DNA from: Bdellovibrionales bacterium
GTDB taxonomy: Bacteria > Bdellovibrionota > Bdellovibrionia > Bdellovibrionales > JAMPXM01
Direction of reading: 5' to 3'
DNA: 54,367 nucleotides
Assembly (NCBI GenBank): GCA_043739185.1
Contig: JAYUEN010000113.1
Location: forward strand, 1 to 54,367
The position numbers and the translations under genes were made by a program. How positions within the stretch are numbered: position 1 is the stretch's first letter; each line of letters starts with the position of its first letter. The notes beneath the pieces are model-generated. The model had not been told where the DNA came from and searched no databases. It saw only the letters and a list, made by a program, of their open reading frames with translations. Below are positions 51,846 through 54,367 of the stretch, piece after piece.

Positions 51846-52862
51846 ATGAAGCATTTAATTAAAAAAGCCATAGGATATTCAATAGCGATTTTAGCCACTG
51901 TTCAGCTTGCCGGAGCCGCCCCTCCCTTAGTTAAAACCAAGGTTTCGCCAGCTTTAAACGCTAAAATCAAGCTCGCAAATACCATGCTCAAAGCCAATAA
52001 AAATAATGATGTGATTTCGCTATTGAAGCCGCTTTCTGCTGATTTACCCAGGCATGGCTTACTTGCGCTTTCAAAAGCCTATCATGCACAGAAGAATTTT
52101 CTCGAAGAAAACCGAATCCTCGAAACTATTTTGGGCCAAAATGACAAAGATTACTATGTTCAAAATCTATTGGCTGAATGTTTCCTTGCAAACCGTGAAC
52201 TAGAAAAGGCCGTGGATAACTTTAGTGCAGCAAAAGAATTGAAAAGTGATTATTTGCCAGCATACGAAGGTCTTGAAAAAACCTATGAAGCCAAAGGCCA
52301 AATCGACGACGCGAGACAGACTTATTTAGAAATGATTCGTGTTTTCGGTGCAAAGAAATTTTATTTCAATGAAGTTTGCAGATTGTATTCTGTTGAAGGC
52401 TCTGTACAAGAAGGAATAGTAGCCTGTCAAAAAGCGACTTCTTATGATTCTAGTATTGCTGCCAATCATATTTATCTCGGAAGAATGTTAATCGAAAACG
52501 AGCAGGCCGAACGCGGCGAGATGATCATTCTGAAAGCCGCAAAGCAATTTCAAAAGTCCGATCTTGCACAGATTACCGCCGCCAATATTAAGTTTAAGCA
52601 TAAACAATGGCATGAAGCCGCGGACATTTATGCACAAGCAACCATTGCCAACTCGCAATCTGATGAGGGCTTCATCGGCTGGGCTAAATCACTTTTCGAA
52701 ATGCAAAAATATACAGATGCTAAACTGGCATATTCCAAAGCCTGCAGTCTAAATAAAAAATATCTAAGCGAGCTTCGCAATGCTATTGCAGAGCTGAGAC
52801 AAAAGGACCAAATTGTTTTAGCAAATCAATACGAAAGTATATTGCCTCGCTGCGGGGGCTAA
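51846..52862 (+). CDS. Exported tetratricopeptide-repeat protein
   Basis: Signal peptide and repeated TPR-like helices (LAECFL...AV..F..A..L...Y.PAY.GL). Confidence 0.85.
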   Translation: MKHLIKKAIGYSIAILATVQLAGAAPPLVKTKVSPALNAKIKLANTMLKANKNNDVISLLKPLSADLPRHGLLALSKAYHAQKNFLEENRILETILGQNDKDYYVQNLLAECFLANRELEKAVDNFSAAKELKSDYLPAYEGLEKTYEAKGQIDDARQTYLEMIRVFGAKKFYFNEVCRLYSVEGSVQEGIVACQKATSYDSSIAANHIYLGRMLIENEQAERGEMIILKAAKQFQKSDLAQITAANIKFKHKQWHEAADIYAQATIANSQSDEGFIGWAKSLFEMQKYTDAKLAYSKACSLNKKYLSELRNAIAELRQKDQIVLANQYESILPRCGG

Positions 52863-53034
52863 GGGCCTGTACTGTCGCTAAATACACACGACTCAATGCA
52901 AAATCAAGGTAGCACCGCTTTATCCTGTTATGGCAACATTTATAGATATGCCACATAGTAGAATTTAAAATCTTAATGACCGCATTTTTCTTCGGTGTAG
53001 GCTAAGCTCAGATGTTTAATTCAGGGAGCCTTTT

Positions 53035-53535
53035 ATGACCGCACAAAATAGTAAAGCAACAGCCACTCTTGCTGGGGGATGTTTTTGGGGAATGGAGGAA
53101 ATACTCCGAAATATAAAAGGTGTTCTCAATACTGAAGTTGGCTATACCGGAGGCGAATTCAAAGATCCAACATATGAAGATATGAAAACAGGTCGCACCG
53201 GCCATGCTGAGGCCATTCAAATTGAGTTTGATGCCGCTCTACTTAGCTTCGAGAAGCTTTTGGATTATTTCTTTCGAATGCACGATCCGACAACTCTGAA
53301 TCGTCAAGGGGGCGATGTCGGGACCCAGTATCGCTCGGCAATATTTTACACTGATGAGAACCAAAAGAGCATCGCACAAAAAGTCATCAGTGAGACTGAT
53401 AAGTCAGGACGTTGGCCTAAAAAAATTGTAACCCAAGTGGTTCCGCTGTTGCATTTCTATTCGGCCGAAAAATATCATCAAGACTATTTACTTAAAAATC
53501 CTGGTGGATATACCTGCCATTTTTTGAGAGATTAG
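53035..53535 (+). CDS. msrA: Peptide methionine sulfoxide reductase A
   Basis: AGGCFWG, GYTGG, TGHAE, RQGGDVGTQYRSAIF and AE.YHQDY. Confidence 0.98.
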   Translation: MTAQNSKATATLAGGCFWGMEEILRNIKGVLNTEVGYTGGEFKDPTYEDMKTGRTGHAEAIQIEFDAALLSFEKLLDYFFRMHDPTTLNRQGGDVGTQYRSAIFYTDENQKSIAQKVISETDKSGRWPKKIVTQVVPLLHFYSAEKYHQDYLLKNPGGYTCHFLRD

Positions 53536-53597
53536 GACTTGGCCTTTTAAGATAAGATAAAATAAAAAAATTATTTAACTCAACTCAAGGAGAATAT

Positions 53598-54367
53598 ATG
53601 AAAACAATGAAATTAGGAATTTTAGCTACCGGCACACTCTTATTTGTCTTCGGCTGTGCCAATCCGAATAAGGCCGAAAAGATTGAAACCAAGGGCGAAA
53701 AAATGAAAGCCGTAGGAGACAATACTTCGGTTGGACTTAATAAAAAAGGCGAAATGATTTCTCGAAAAAAAGTTGAGATGGCCGATCATCTTCAGCAGTT
53801 GCAAAGACGAGTTTATACTTTAGAAGAAGAAGTCTATGGCAACGACGAAATGGGTAACAAGGGCAAATGGGGCGTCCTAAGGGATTGTCTGAAGCAAGCC
53901 AACTCTAAAGAATTAGGCGGGGACGGTAAAATTCACCCAATGCCAGATCGCCGACAAGTTACAAAAAAAGAAGGCCAAATGAAAATTGGTTTGGATGAGC
54001 AAGGCAATTTAGTTGGAGTCTCGGATGAATATTTAAAAGATCGCATTGAACGCTTCAACGGTTATGAAGAAATTTTACAAAAAGACAAAGATTTTTATGA
54101 TGAGAAACTTCAAATTTGCCAAGCCATGATCGACGAAAAAAACTTTGATGCGAAAAATGTGGCAAAGTTGAATTCGGCAGTCACCGCTGAAGTCAATGAA
54201 GTGCGGACTTATGTTGATCCGATGACGACTCAAATTAATAGCTTTGTTTGCTCTTATGTGAAGCCAGGAGCTTCGCTTAAACAAGTGGTCAGTCACGCAG
54301 TAGACGCAGGTTGGGTCAAAGAAGATGAAATAAAAGAACATGAAGTCGGAACCGATGTTAAAGACGC
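53598..54367 (+). CDS. Hypothetical lipoprotein (3'-truncated by the window; absent from the ORF track)
   Basis: AAGGAG SD, MKTMKLGILATGTLLFVFG-C lipobox; the frame is open to the window end. Confidence 0.85.
   Translation, partial: MKTMKLGILATGTLLFVFGCANPNKAEKIETKGEKMKAVGDNTSVGLNKKGEMISRKKVEMADHLQQLQRRVYTLEEEVYGNDEMGNKGKWGVLRDCLKQANSKELGGDGKIHPMPDRRQVTKKEGQMKIGLDEQGNLVGVSDEYLKDRIERFNGYEEILQKDKDFYDEKLQICQAMIDEKNFDAKNVAKLNSAVTAEVNEVRTYVDPMTTQINSFVCSYVKPGASLKQVVSHAVDAGWVKEDEIKEHEVGTDVKD

Noticed and set aside
54075..54341. 88-aa minus-strand ORF
   Set aside because: It is antisense to the better-supported lipoprotein gene; the other short antisense ORFs in the track were dismissed for the same reason.
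1..54367. CRISPR array, tRNA, rRNA, prophage or known defence system
   Set aside because: No regularly spaced repeats, cloverleafs, rRNA-like tracts, or recognisable phage, cas or defence genes were seen.

Overview
A roughly 54-kb chromosomal segment with low-40s % GC by eye, most likely from a Bdellovibrionota (Bdellovibrio-like) bacterium. That assignment is inferred from the short 274-aa flagellins, the flgF-G-A-H-I-J-M-N-K-L-csrA-fliW order and the typical hypothetical proteins. Left: two sigma-28-driven flagellins, a PilZ protein, meaB, rfaE2, an RDD protein, rsmE and prmA. Middle (about 11.1-28 kb): an accessory biosynthetic locus. It has a dissociated type II FAS/PKS core (FabZ-like dehydratase, Cys-less KS partner, intact KS, FabG, elongated ACP) co-operonic with a left-handed beta-helix transferase, IorA/IorB, a stand-alone AmmeMemoRadiSam-type radical SAM enzyme and a Cys/Met PLP lyase. 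It is flanked by a desaturase, an MMPL exporter, a saccharopine-dehydrogenase-like reductase and a YczE-like membrane protein. Right: the flagellar rod/ring/hook-junction operon, an MltD-like lytic transglycosylase, lysC, a RAYT-like HUH transposase, a ferredoxin, a DnaQ-like exonuclease, nadE, an HDOD protein, a Flp/TadE-like protein, a TPR protein, msrA and a truncated lipoprotein. The best candidates for novelty are: (1) the sulfur/radical-SAM type II lipid or polyketide cluster; (2) a flagellin 3'-UTR that is antisense to the SD-sequestering hairpin of the neighbouring flagellin leader; (3) a CsrA-site-rich structured RNA between flgI and flgJ; (4) a covarying family of ~122-bp palindromic elements. 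No rRNA, tRNA or CRISPR array was seen. All family calls come from motif recognition by eye; no database search was run.
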